Source: Acidobacteriota bacterium
GTDB lineage: Bacteria > Acidobacteriota > UBA6911
Assembly: GCA_963664705.1 (NCBI GenBank)
Contig: OY761556.1
Location: 2,020,795 to 2,084,794 of the forward strand
Reading direction: 5' to 3'
DNA length: 64,000 nt
This document shows positions 48,433-57,350 of this stretch, piece by piece. The notes below the pieces were generated by a model, which ran no database searches, was not told the origin of the DNA, and saw only the letters and a list, made by a program, of their open reading frames with translations. The position numbers and the translations under genes were made by a program. Positions within the stretch are counted from its first letter, which is position 1. The number at the start of each line of letters is the position of its first letter.

Positions 48433-49998
48433 CTAGCGCTCTTCAAATATCTCTGAAAGAATTCGCCCTTCCGCTCCGCTAGGTATCTCTACTCCCAGCA
48501 GGCTGGCCAATGTCGGAGCCACGTCGTTCATTGCGATTGTCTGGTAGAAACGCTTCGCCTTGATCCCCGGCCCCATGAAAATCACGGGAACGTGCGAATC
48601 ATACCCAAAGGGCGTCCCATGCGTGGTGCTCGTCCCGCCCATGGCAATGTAGTACGGATCCAATATTATGTAGATATCCGCTCCACGACTGAAGGAATAG
48701 CCATTTGCCACGCGGCGCGCAACACGGTCGCCTGAAGGCACGCCTCGCATAAGCTGCTCGCGCGTGTATACCCGGAATACATGGGGCAAGGACTGAATGG
48801 CCTTCGCAGCTTCAGCCGCGACCTCCGATTCGCTCAGCTTCTTTGCCCGGATCAGGTCCCAGTTGAGATAAATCGACTCTTCCGGCGAAGCAGCAATCCA
48901 GTTGCCGTCGCCATATTTGTCGGCAAGCGCTTTCTTGGCTGCATTCAGAATTGCGGAAACCTCCACCCTGCCACCCGGCATTTTTCGTTTGGTGTTGACC
49001 TCGGGCATAGGGGCCACACCATGATCCGCAGAAAAAACTACGGTCACATTGGCCATTCCCACCTGGGCGTCGATGTATTTAAACAGCTTCCCGAGTAGGC
49101 GGTCTGTTGCAATGGAAACTTCACGCACCTGCTGCGAATCCGGACCATTGGCGTGCCCGACATAGTCATTCGAAGAAAAGCTGATCATGAGCAGGTCCGT
49201 ATCCGAATCCAATCCAAGCTTTTCACCCTTAATTGCAGACTCGGCCATTTGCTCGATCAGTTCATTACCAAAGGGAGTGAATCGAAGCGTGCCGTAGAGT
49301 TTAGGGCCCACGTCTGCGGAAAGCTTGGTACCAAGCCACTCGATGCCTTTGTACTTGTCCGCGGGCCTTCCCGAATTGAATTCCTTTACCCAGGCCGGAA
49401 GCTCCGGCAGGTAGTAGGAGCTGGTGACAAAATTTCCCGACCTGTCATCGAACCAGTAAACCGCATCCGCCATGCGTCCGGTCGCCAGAATTCCACTGTA
49501 ATCCTTGAACGATATCCCCACTACATGGTTTTTGCCTTGCCCCGCAATCTTGATTTCATCGCCCAGCGTGCTCACCAGAAGGTTCTGAGGCGAAGACCCG
49601 GAACCGCCGTTGCCTCCTACCTGCTGAACACTGGTATCCTGTGCCGACTGAATCACCTTTCCCGCCGACCGGTCATACCAGGAATTACCGATGATTCCGT
49701 TTACCGAAGGAAAGGCTCCTGTTAAAAATGCCGCATGGCCAACCGAGGTAAAAGTTGGAAAGTGCTCATAGTGGGCGTTAGTGAAGACGGCTCCCCGCGT
49801 CAGCAATTGTTTGAACCCACTCTTGTATTCGCTGCCAAACCGGGTCAGATAGTCGTAGCGGAATTGATCTGCAATGATCGCCACCACAAGTTTGGGCTTG
49901 GTCGAGGGATGAACCGGCGCCTTCTCGACCTTCACGGGAGCTTGCGCAAATACTTCCAGTGCTGCAAGAGCAAATATGAGCAAAATCAGCTTCTTCAT
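48433..49998 (-). CDS. alkaline phosphatase superfamily protein (type I phosphodiesterase/nucleotide pyrophosphatase-like), secreted
   Basis: Signal peptide MKKLILLIFALAALEVFAQA, metal/nucleophile motifs (VVAIIADQFRYDY, FPTFTSVGHAAFLTG) and later ..DHG.. and ..TTHG.. ligands. Confidence 0.8.
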   Translation of the reverse strand: MKKLILLIFALAALEVFAQAPVKVEKAPVHPSTKPKLVVAIIADQFRYDYLTRFGSEYKSGFKQLLTRGAVFTNAHYEHFPTFTSVGHAAFLTGAFPSVNGIIGNSWYDRSAGKVIQSAQDTSVQQVGGNGGSGSSPQNLLVSTLGDEIKIAGQGKNHVVGISFKDYSGILATGRMADAVYWFDDRSGNFVTSSYYLPELPAWVKEFNSGRPADKYKGIEWLGTKLSADVGPKLYGTLRFTPFGNELIEQMAESAIKGEKLGLDSDTDLLMISFSSNDYVGHANGPDSQQVREVSIATDRLLGKLFKYIDAQVGMANVTVVFSADHGVAPMPEVNTKRKMPGGRVEVSAILNAAKKALADKYGDGNWIAASPEESIYLNWDLIRAKKLSESEVAAEAAKAIQSLPHVFRVYTREQLMRGVPSGDRVARRVANGYSFSRGADIYIILDPYYIAMGGTSTTHGTPFGYDSHVPVIFMGPGIKAKRFYQTIAMNDVAPTLASLLGVEIPSGAEGRILSEIFEER

Positions 49999-50051
49999 TG
50001 AATTCCTCTCGTTGTAAATTCCCGCTGAATGACGCGCTTTTCAGTGCGAGG

Positions 50052-50327
50052 TTAACCGATGACCACATTCCAGTCCCGGATTTCCCATTTTGGAACCAGC
50101 CCGTTAAGAACATAGGGATCCTGGCGAATGAACTCCTCGATCACAGCCCTATCCCGGCAATGAAAGATGAGGACAGCCTTATCCGTCGGCTCGGTCAGGG
50201 CTCCGCCCAGAATCAGATCTCCTCTTTTGAAAGCCTCTCCGGCCAGTCGGAGGTGCTCCTCCCGAAATGTGGCTCTTCGTTCAATGTAATCCTCGACGAC
50301 ATGGTAGATCAGCAAGTAATATTTCAT
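50052..50327 (-). CDS. YciI family protein
   Basis: 91 aa from ATG 50327 (MKYYLLIYHVVEDYIERRATFREEHL...GGAL...), a YciI-like pattern. The ORF track extends further upstream to 50435. Confidence 0.7.
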   Translation of the reverse strand: MKYYLLIYHVVEDYIERRATFREEHLRLAGEAFKRGDLILGGALTEPTDKAVLIFHCRDRAVIEEFIRQDPYVLNGLVPKWEIRDWNVVIG

Positions 50328-50455
50328 CTTTGGCTCAGTGTCGGACGTGTGGAAAAATGAGTTTATTCTATTTGTGTTTCCGTTGAATTTGGAAAACGCC
50401 TGCGCTACTTTATGAGGTCCACCAACAACAACCAACTATAACCCGGAGCAAGCCT

Positions 50456-51994
50456 ATTTACCGCGAAAATATCCTGATTCTGGATTTTGGTTCTCAGTAT
50501 ACACAGCTCATTGGAAGAAGGATTCGTGAGCTTTCCGTATACTGCGAGATCGTACCCTATTATTCCGCCATGGAAAAGATCCAGGCGCTGCGCCCATCGG
50601 GCATCGTACTATCCGGTGGGCCGGATTCCGTCTGCCGCGAAGGGAGCCCGTCCCTTCCCCTTGAGTTTTTTGATATTGGACTCCCGATCCTGGGAATCTG
50701 CTATGGGCTGCAGCTGATCTCGCAGAAATTGGGAGGGCGCGTTGTTCCCGGAGGCGATCGCAGGGAATTTGGCAAGGCGACGGTCGAGGTCTCGGAATCG
50801 GATACGCTCTTTGCCGGTCTGCCGGATCGATTCCAGGGCTGGATGAGCCATGGAGACCGCGTCGAACAGCTTCCCGAGGGCTTTCATGTCCTGGCCACGT
50901 CAGGAGGGATTATAGGCGCTGCTGCGGATGAATCGCGAAAGATCTGGGGTCTTCAGTTTCATCCTGAAGTCGTCCACACACACAACGGGGCACAGATTCT
51001 CGAAAATTTTGTAACCCGCGCCTGCGGGTGCAAGCGCGAGTGGACCATGGCCGCCTTCATTGATTCTGCGGTGAAGGACATCTCTACCCGAATCGGCTCG
51101 AACAGTGTGATATGCGGTCTCAGCGGCGGAGTGGATTCCACGGTGGCCGCTCTGTTGGTTCACAAAGCTATTGGCGACCGTCTGACCTGCGTGTTTGTAG
51201 ACAACGGCCTGCTGCGCAAGGATGAATTTAAATCGGTCCTGTCCGCATTTCGTGAACGTCTGCATCTGAAAGTGCTGGGAGTCGACGCAGAGGATCGTTT
51301 CCTCGCAAAGCTCCGCGATGTTGAGGAACCGGAGCGCAAACGCAAGATCATTGGGGAGGAGTTTATCCGCGTATTTGAAGCGGAAGCCCGTAAACTGGGC
51401 AATCCGCCATTCCTGGTCCAGGGGACCCTGTACCCGGACGTCATCGAATCCACATCGGTCCGCGGCCCCTCCGCCGTCATCAAGTCACACCACAATGTTG
51501 GCGGGTTGCCCAGCGACATGCAATTTGAGTTGGTCGAACCGCTTCGCGAGCTATTTAAGGACGAGGTTCGAAAAGTCGGCCTGGAATTGGGAATAGAGGA
51601 GCGCTTTATCTTCCGCCATCCCTTCCCCGGGCCCGGTCTGGCGGTGCGAATTCTCGGATCGATTACCAGAGAGCGCCTTGATCTCCTCCGCGAGGCGGAT
51701 GCCATCGTCCAGGAGGAGATTGAGCGCGAAGGATTGATCAAGGAACTCTGGCAGGCCTTTGCCGTGCTCCTGCCCATCCGCAGCGTCGGAGTCATGGGCG
51801 ATGACCGGACCTATGAAAATGTGGCCGCCCTCCGCATTGTGACCAGCATGGATGGAATGACCGCGGATTGGGCAAAGATTCCTTACAGTGTTTTGGAAAA
51901 AATCTCTACGCGTATCGTGAACGAAGTACGCGGAATCAACCGGGTGGTGTACGACATTACGTCCAAGCCGCCGGGTACCATTGAATGGGAGTAG
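50456..51994 (+). CDS. guaA: GMP synthase (glutamine-hydrolysing); start codon non-canonical or uncertain
   Basis: The ORF-track entry starts at ATG 50570. The same frame upstream encodes the conserved GATase N-terminus ([31 protein letters not shown]). No ATG/GTG/TTG occurs between the upstream stop (50384-86) and 50570. ATT 50456 has GGAG (50445-48) 7 nt upstream. Confidence 0.85.
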   Translation: MYRENILILDFGSQYTQLIGRRIRELSVYCEIVPYYSAMEKIQALRPSGIVLSGGPDSVCREGSPSLPLEFFDIGLPILGICYGLQLISQKLGGRVVPGGDRREFGKATVEVSESDTLFAGLPDRFQGWMSHGDRVEQLPEGFHVLATSGGIIGAAADESRKIWGLQFHPEVVHTHNGAQILENFVTRACGCKREWTMAAFIDSAVKDISTRIGSNSVICGLSGGVDSTVAALLVHKAIGDRLTCVFVDNGLLRKDEFKSVLSAFRERLHLKVLGVDAEDRFLAKLRDVEEPERKRKIIGEEFIRVFEAEARKLGNPPFLVQGTLYPDVIESTSVRGPSAVIKSHHNVGGLPSDMQFELVEPLRELFKDEVRKVGLELGIEERFIFRHPFPGPGLAVRILGSITRERLDLLREADAIVQEEIEREGLIKELWQAFAVLLPIRSVGVMGDDRTYENVAALRIVTSMDGMTADWAKIPYSVLEKISTRIVNEVRGINRVVYDITSKPPGTIEWE

Positions 51995-51997
51995 CCA

Positions 51998-54900
51998 GTG
52001 CCTGAAGCAACGCCTTTTGTGCACCTTCACAATCACTCCGAGTACAGCCTGCTTGACGGTGCTGCCAAAATCAGCGGCCTGGTGGATACGGCTCTGGCGA
52101 TGGGAATGCCGGCCCTGGCCATTACGGACCATGGCAATCTCTTTGGCGCTCTTCAGTTTTATAACACTGCCAAGAAGAAGGGGCTGAAGCCGATCATTGG
52201 TTGTGAAATCTATGTTGCCAAAGAAAGCCGACACAAAAAAATTGGCGGCGGAGATCAATCCAATCACCTGGTGCTGCTCGCGGAAAATCTGACCGGGTAT
52301 CATAATCTGAGCAAACTGGCGTCGTACGGTTTTCTGGAAGGTTTTTACTATAAGCCTCGAATCGATAAAGAACTGCTAGCGCAGCACAGCGAAGGTCTCA
52401 TCGCCTCTTCAGCATGCCTGAAGGGAGCCGTTCCCCAAAAGCTGACCATGGAGCAGCCCGAGGCTGCTCTGGCTGAGGCGATGGAGCTCCAGGATATTTT
52501 CGGCAAAGGCAACTTCTACCTGGAACTGCAGGATCACGGACTCGCCGCTCAGAAAAAGGTAAATCCGGCAATCCTCGAAATTGCCCGCAAAACCGGGATT
52601 CCTCTGATTTGTACCAACGATACGCACTATCTGCGGCGCGATGACAGCGTCGCGCATGACGTTCTGCTCTGCATTGGTACCGGCAAGCTTGTCAGCCAGC
52701 AGGACAGAATGCGTTACGAAAGCGACCAGTTTTACTTCAAGTCCTATGACGAGATGCATAAGCTTTGGGGAGAAATTCCGGAATCGCTCTCCAACACTCT
52801 GCGGATTGCCGAGCGTTGCCACCTGGAAATCGAGACCGAGCAGCCGCTGCCTCCTTTTGATGTGCCTCCGGGCTATACCGCCGACAGCTATTTCGAAAAG
52901 ACTGTGCGTGAGGGGTTCCAGGAACGGCGCGCTTATCTCGAAAACCTTGCGGCCCAGGGCCAGCTGAAAAATCCACTCACCGATTATGAAGTGCGTCTCG
53001 ATTTCGAAATCGAGATGATCAAGCAGATGCAGTTTTCGAGCTATTTCCTGATTGTCTGGGACTTGATCAAGTATGCGCGCGACCACGATATTCCGGTCGG
53101 CCCCGGGCGCGGGTCCGTCGTGGGCAGCCTCGTTGCCTACAGCCTTAAAATAACGGATATCGATCCGCTTCAGTACGCTCTGTTTTTTGAACGATTCCTC
53201 AATCCCGAACGCATTGCGCCGCCCGATATTGACATGGATTACTGCATGAACCGTCGGGCGGATATGATCGATTATGTCAACCGGAAGTATGGCCGGGACA
53301 AGGTCTGCCAGATCATCACATTTGGTACCATGGCGGCGAAAGGCGTTATTCGCGATGTCGGGAGAAGTCTCGATATCCCTTACGCGGAAGTCGACCGCAT
53401 TGCCAAACTGATCCCGGACGAACTGAACGCCACGATAGATAAGGCCCTGGAACAGGAGCCGCGCCTGAAAGAGGAGATGAAAAATCCTCAGATTGCCAAC
53501 CTTATTGAAATTGGCAAGCGGCTCGAAGGACTATCGCGTCACTCCTCAACCCATGCCGCCGGAGTTGTGATTGCACCCAAACCTCTTGTTGAACTTGTTC
53601 CGCTTCAAAAGACGAACAAGGATGAAATCACAACCCAATACAGCATGAAGGACCTGGAGTCGATCGGCCTCCTGAAAATGGACTTTCTTGCCCTTACGAC
53701 GCTCACCGTTATCGACAGCGCCGTGAAACGCGTCAAGAATGAAAAGGGCATCGATCTGGATCTCTCTTCCGTCGCGCTGACCGACACAAAGGTATACGAT
53801 CTTTTTTCGGAAGGCAGAACGAACGGGATATTCCAGTTTGAAAGCGGCGGGATGAAAGCCGAATTGCGCAGGCTCAAACCGGAGCGTTTCGAGGACCTGA
53901 TCGCGCTGAATGCATTGTATCGTCCCGGTCCCATGGACATGATCCCGGAATTCATCAAGCGCAAACAGGGACTAATCGAAGTAGAATATCCCCATCCCGT
54001 TCTTGAAGAAATTCTGAAAGAAACCTACGGCATCATTGTTTATCAGGAACAGGTCATGCAGATCGCCAGCAAGATGGCGGGTTTCTCGCTTGGCCAGGCC
54101 GATATTCTTCGCAAAGCCATGGGAAAGAAGATGGCCTCTGTCATGCTCTCGATGCGGGATAAGTTTATCGAAGGCGCACGACAGCAAAAGATACCGGAAA
54201 AGGCAGCGGCCCAGGTATTTGACCTCATGGAGCAGTTTGCGCAATACGGGTTCAACAAATCGCATGCGACCGCCTATGCCCTTCTGGCCTATCAGACGGC
54301 CTACCTTAAAGTTCACTACCCGGTGCAGTTCATGGCGGCCCTGCTCACCAGTGAAATCGGGAACACGGATAAGATCGTCATGTATATTGCCGAATGCAAG
54401 GACATGAACATCTCGGTGTTGCCGCCTGATATCAACGAGAGTTCCGTCGACTTTAAATCCCAGAACGATACGATTCGATTTGGAATGCTGGCGATTCGCA
54501 ATGTGGGAGAAGCAGCGATCCGCTCGGTTCTGGAATATCGCGATAAAAATGGAAGGTTCCGCAGCCTCTTCCAGTTTTGCGAAGAAGTGGATTCCCGGAC
54601 GCTCAATAAGCGTGTACTCGAAAGCCTGGTCAAGAGCGGAGCACTGGACTCTCTTGGCTGGAAGCGCTCTCAATGTATGGCAATGATCGACACCGCCATC
54701 GAATACGGCCAGAAGGCTCGCCGCGACCGCGAAAGTGGACAGAAAGGCCTGTTCTCGGATTCATCGGCCGGCCGCTCCGCTGTCGTGGAACCTACCGCTC
54801 CGGATATTCCGGAATGGGAAGTAGAACAGAGGCTGTCCTTTGAAAAGGAAACCCTCGGATTCTATGTCTCCGGCCATCCGCTCGATCGTTTTGTCCGGGA

Positions 54901-55459
54901 GGTTACGCGCTTCAGCAAAAAAAGCATCGCGGATTACATCAGTGAGGGGAAAAGCACCGAGTGCCGCATCGCCGGAATCGTCACCGATTTCAGGCAGCGC
55001 CGGACCAAAAAGGGCGATCTGATGGGCGTCTTTAATCTTGAGGATCTCAGCGGGGCCGTGGAAACCGTTGTCTTCCCAAATTCCTATCCCAAGTTCGAAC
55101 CCTATATGAATGCGGATTCTCCGATCCTGGTTTCCGGACGATTTGAACTGGAAGATGGGCGCGGCGCCAAGTTTGTTGCCTCAGACGTGCAGCCCATGAC
55201 GGGTCTGGCAGAACGCAATGCCAAGACATTGCGCATCCGGGCGGATCTCTCCAATCTGTCTCCCGCTACGGCCACCACCTTGCACCGCCTTCTCGAAAGC
55301 AATCGCGGCGATACCGGCGTTGACGTGGAACTGTATTCTCCATACGATTTCCGTGTTAACATTCAATCCTCTGATTTTGTGAAGGTGAAGTCGAGCCCCG
55401 AACTGATAGAACAGATTGAAAGCATCTGCGGTCCGGGCTCAGTTTATGTCGTGATCTAG
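51998..55459 (+). CDS. dnaE: DNA polymerase III subunit alpha
   Basis: 1153 aa with a GTG start, PHP domain N-terminus FVHLHNHSEYSLLDGA, the polymerase core and a C-terminal OB fold. Confidence 0.95.
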   Translation: MPEATPFVHLHNHSEYSLLDGAAKISGLVDTALAMGMPALAITDHGNLFGALQFYNTAKKKGLKPIIGCEIYVAKESRHKKIGGGDQSNHLVLLAENLTGYHNLSKLASYGFLEGFYYKPRIDKELLAQHSEGLIASSACLKGAVPQKLTMEQPEAALAEAMELQDIFGKGNFYLELQDHGLAAQKKVNPAILEIARKTGIPLICTNDTHYLRRDDSVAHDVLLCIGTGKLVSQQDRMRYESDQFYFKSYDEMHKLWGEIPESLSNTLRIAERCHLEIETEQPLPPFDVPPGYTADSYFEKTVREGFQERRAYLENLAAQGQLKNPLTDYEVRLDFEIEMIKQMQFSSYFLIVWDLIKYARDHDIPVGPGRGSVVGSLVAYSLKITDIDPLQYALFFERFLNPERIAPPDIDMDYCMNRRADMIDYVNRKYGRDKVCQIITFGTMAAKGVIRDVGRSLDIPYAEVDRIAKLIPDELNATIDKALEQEPRLKEEMKNPQIANLIEIGKRLEGLSRHSSTHAAGVVIAPKPLVELVPLQKTNKDEITTQYSMKDLESIGLLKMDFLALTTLTVIDSAVKRVKNEKGIDLDLSSVALTDTKVYDLFSEGRTNGIFQFESGGMKAELRRLKPERFEDLIALNALYRPGPMDMIPEFIKRKQGLIEVEYPHPVLEEILKETYGIIVYQEQVMQIASKMAGFSLGQADILRKAMGKKMASVMLSMRDKFIEGARQQKIPEKAAAQVFDLMEQFAQYGFNKSHATAYALLAYQTAYLKVHYPVQFMAALLTSEIGNTDKIVMYIAECKDMNISVLPPDINESSVDFKSQNDTIRFGMLAIRNVGEAAIRSVLEYRDKNGRFRSLFQFCEEVDSRTLNKRVLESLVKSGALDSLGWKRSQCMAMIDTAIEYGQKARRDRESGQKGLFSDSSAGRSAVVEPTAPDIPEWEVEQRLSFEKETLGFYVSGHPLDRFVREVTRFSKKSIADYISEGKSTECRIAGIVTDFRQRRTKKGDLMGVFNLEDLSGAVETVVFPNSYPKFEPYMNADSPILVSGRFELEDGRGAKFVASDVQPMTGLAERNAKTLRIRADLSNLSPATATTLHRLLESNRGDTGVDVELYSPYDFRVNIQSSDFVKVKSSPELIEQIESICGPGSVYVVI

Positions 55460-55476
55460 GTGTCATAGGAACTGAG

Positions 55477-56358
55477 ATGGAAGCCACGGATTCAACACAA
55501 GCGGAGATTGAACGGCTGCGAGCAGAAGTGCAGCGACTCAAAGGGGACGACGGCGTCGCCTATCAGCGAACTCTTCTCGCGCGGCATGATCTGCGCCCCT
55601 ATACGCTGGATTATGTAGAACGCCTCTTTCGGGATTTTTCCGAAATTCACGGAGACCGGCGCTATGGCGATGATGCCGCGATCGTCACCGGCATGGCGGT
55701 CTATCATGGCACTCCCGTGATGGTTGTTGGCCATCAAAAGGGCCGGGATATCCGGCAGCGCCAGCATAGAAATTTCGGCTGCCCGCAGCCCGAAGGCTAT
55801 CGCAAAGCCCTGCGGGCGATGAAACTGGCTGACAAATTCTCGCGCCCCATCATCACCTTCGTCGACACGCCGGGAGCCTACCCTGGAGTCGGAGCGGAGG
55901 AGCGTGGTCAGGCCGAGGCCATTGCCTTCAACCTTCGCGAAATGGCACGGCTCGAAGTCCCGGTTATCGTCTGTGTCGTTGGCGAGGGAGGAAGCGGAGG
56001 CGCATTGGCTATTGCGGTCGGCAACAAAGTCCTGATGCAGGAAAACGCCATCTACTCGGTTATCACTCCGGAAGGATGCTCCGCCATTCTTTGGAAGGAT
56101 CAAGCACAGGCTCATGTGGAGGCCGCCGCTGCTGCCTTAAAAATCACGGCTTCCGATCTGAAATCCATGGGTTTGATCGACGAAATAGTCCCTGAACCGC
56201 CCGGCGGCGCCCACGCGGATCATGCGGCGGCAGCCGATTTCCTCGACCGGCACTTGCGTCCCAGCCTTGAAGCGTTGATGAGAATTTCCGGAACAGACTT
56301 GAGGAAACAGCGTTACGAGCGATTCCGCGCCATTGGAGCCGTATCCGTTCTCTCCTGA
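55477..56358 (+). CDS. accA: acetyl-CoA carboxylase carboxyltransferase subunit alpha
   Basis: Conserved AccA blocks (HGDRRYGDDAAIVTGMA..., FVDTPGAYPGVGAEERGQ, GEGGSGGALA) and the dnaE-accA neighbourhood. Confidence 0.95.
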   Translation: MEATDSTQAEIERLRAEVQRLKGDDGVAYQRTLLARHDLRPYTLDYVERLFRDFSEIHGDRRYGDDAAIVTGMAVYHGTPVMVVGHQKGRDIRQRQHRNFGCPQPEGYRKALRAMKLADKFSRPIITFVDTPGAYPGVGAEERGQAEAIAFNLREMARLEVPVIVCVVGEGGSGGALAIAVGNKVLMQENAIYSVITPEGCSAILWKDQAQAHVEAAAAALKITASDLKSMGLIDEIVPEPPGGAHADHAAAADFLDRHLRPSLEALMRISGTDLRKQRYERFRAIGAVSVLS

Positions 56359-56416
56359 ACTTCCGGTATCGTGGATTTGCGGGAATCGGGAGCGCGCTCT
56401 CTTTTGACGGCTCCGG

Positions 56417-57109
56417 TTAGTTGCGAAGTCCCTTCAACTGAGTGCGGTAGACGTAGCGAACAATGCGTGCGCGCTCGGATTCGCTGATGGCCAGAAATCG
56501 CACACCCGCACGATACATCATTTGATTTTCAGCCGGGCTGTCCGAAAACACTACCCTGCAGGGTATTCGAATCAATGGCGCATCATCCGGCAGAGATAAT
56601 TTGATCTCCAACAGGGTATTTTCCGGAATCGGCTTTGCGCATCGTATCCCCACCCCCCCCGCGCTGACATCGCTTGTGGTCGTTCGGAGATTGAAGGGAA
56701 TGTCGGTATCGGTCCGGGCATCCCTTTGAGTGCCGGTAATTTCCACCGGTATCATGCATTTTACGCGGAAATTCTGACGACGCTGAATACGGGCGATGGC
56801 ACTGCTTTGGATGATTGTCAGCTGCGGCAATCCCTCCGAGTGCATTTCATCGACCATGCCCGAAAATTCATGGGGGACGTAGTCTCTGACGAAATTGAAT
56901 GCGAGTATCTGATCTTTATGCGCCAACAGACGCATTCCCGCATGGGTTGGCCAGGCGATGATCAGCTTACCCTGGGCTATATCGCTGACACGACTATAAT
57001 ACGTGACGCTGGTGTCATCCCCTTCAATACGCACCTGCAGGAGTTCGTTGACATCTATCTGGATGTCCACTTCTTCCGAAAATTCGTTATTCGATTCCGG
57101 CATACCCAT
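56417..57109 (-). CDS. PilZ domain protein (YcgR-like, PilZN + PilZ)
   Basis: c-di-GMP-binding motifs RxxxR (QRRQNFR) and D/NxSxxG (SDVSAGG) in the C-terminal half, with a YcgR-type N-domain. Confidence 0.8.
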   Translation of the reverse strand: MGMPESNNEFSEEVDIQIDVNELLQVRIEGDDTSVTYYSRVSDIAQGKLIIAWPTHAGMRLLAHKDQILAFNFVRDYVPHEFSGMVDEMHSEGLPQLTIIQSSAIARIQRRQNFRVKCMIPVEITGTQRDARTDTDIPFNLRTTTSDVSAGGVGIRCAKPIPENTLLEIKLSLPDDAPLIRIPCRVVFSDSPAENQMMYRAGVRFLAISESERARIVRYVYRTQLKGLRN

Positions 57110-57173
57110 GCAAGATCCCGCTATCCATTATCTCCTTTGGCTCTTATCGGCCGTTATCCCGTCCTATATAGCG

Positions 57174-57201
57174 ATATTACAGCGGCAGGCCAGGCTTTCA
57201 A
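57174..57201 (-). promoter_or_regulatory. candidate sigma70-type promoter of the PilZ gene
   Basis: On the minus strand: -35 TTGAAA (57201-57196), a 16-nt spacer, then -10 TAATAT (57179-57174). Sequence match only. Confidence 0.35.
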
Positions 57202-57234
57202 AAACCTCGCCTAATGGGAGCGCAGGCTTCCCGG

Positions 57235-57337
57235 CTAATACCGCACATTCTTTTTCGAGGGCGAAGTCCTTTGGAGTGAAGTAGTTTGCCACCGCCTTCG
57301 GCTTTTATGGCTCTCAAAGGCGGCAGCAAGACGCCGG
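57235..57337 (+). repeat. structured intergenic repeat, copy C (full length)
   Basis: CTAATACCGCACATTCTTTTTCGAGGGCGAAGTCCTTTGGA...CCGCCTTCGGC...AAAGGCGGC...GCCGG is collinear with copy A over ~100 nt. Its hairpin CCGCCTT/AAGGCGG lies immediately downstream of the mutL stop. Confidence 0.6.
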
Positions 57338-57350
57338 CGCTTCCAGCCGA

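Noticed and set aside
57087-57137. An SD-led 13-codon uORF (AAGGAG, ATG 57128) overlapping the PilZ gene start out of frame. A similar 13-codon SD-led uORF (63943..63984) overlaps the start of the last hypothetical gene.
   Set aside because: Two instances could be coincidence or could reflect mis-chosen starts or indels. The peptides are not similar to each other, and I cannot support a regulatory role from sequence alone.
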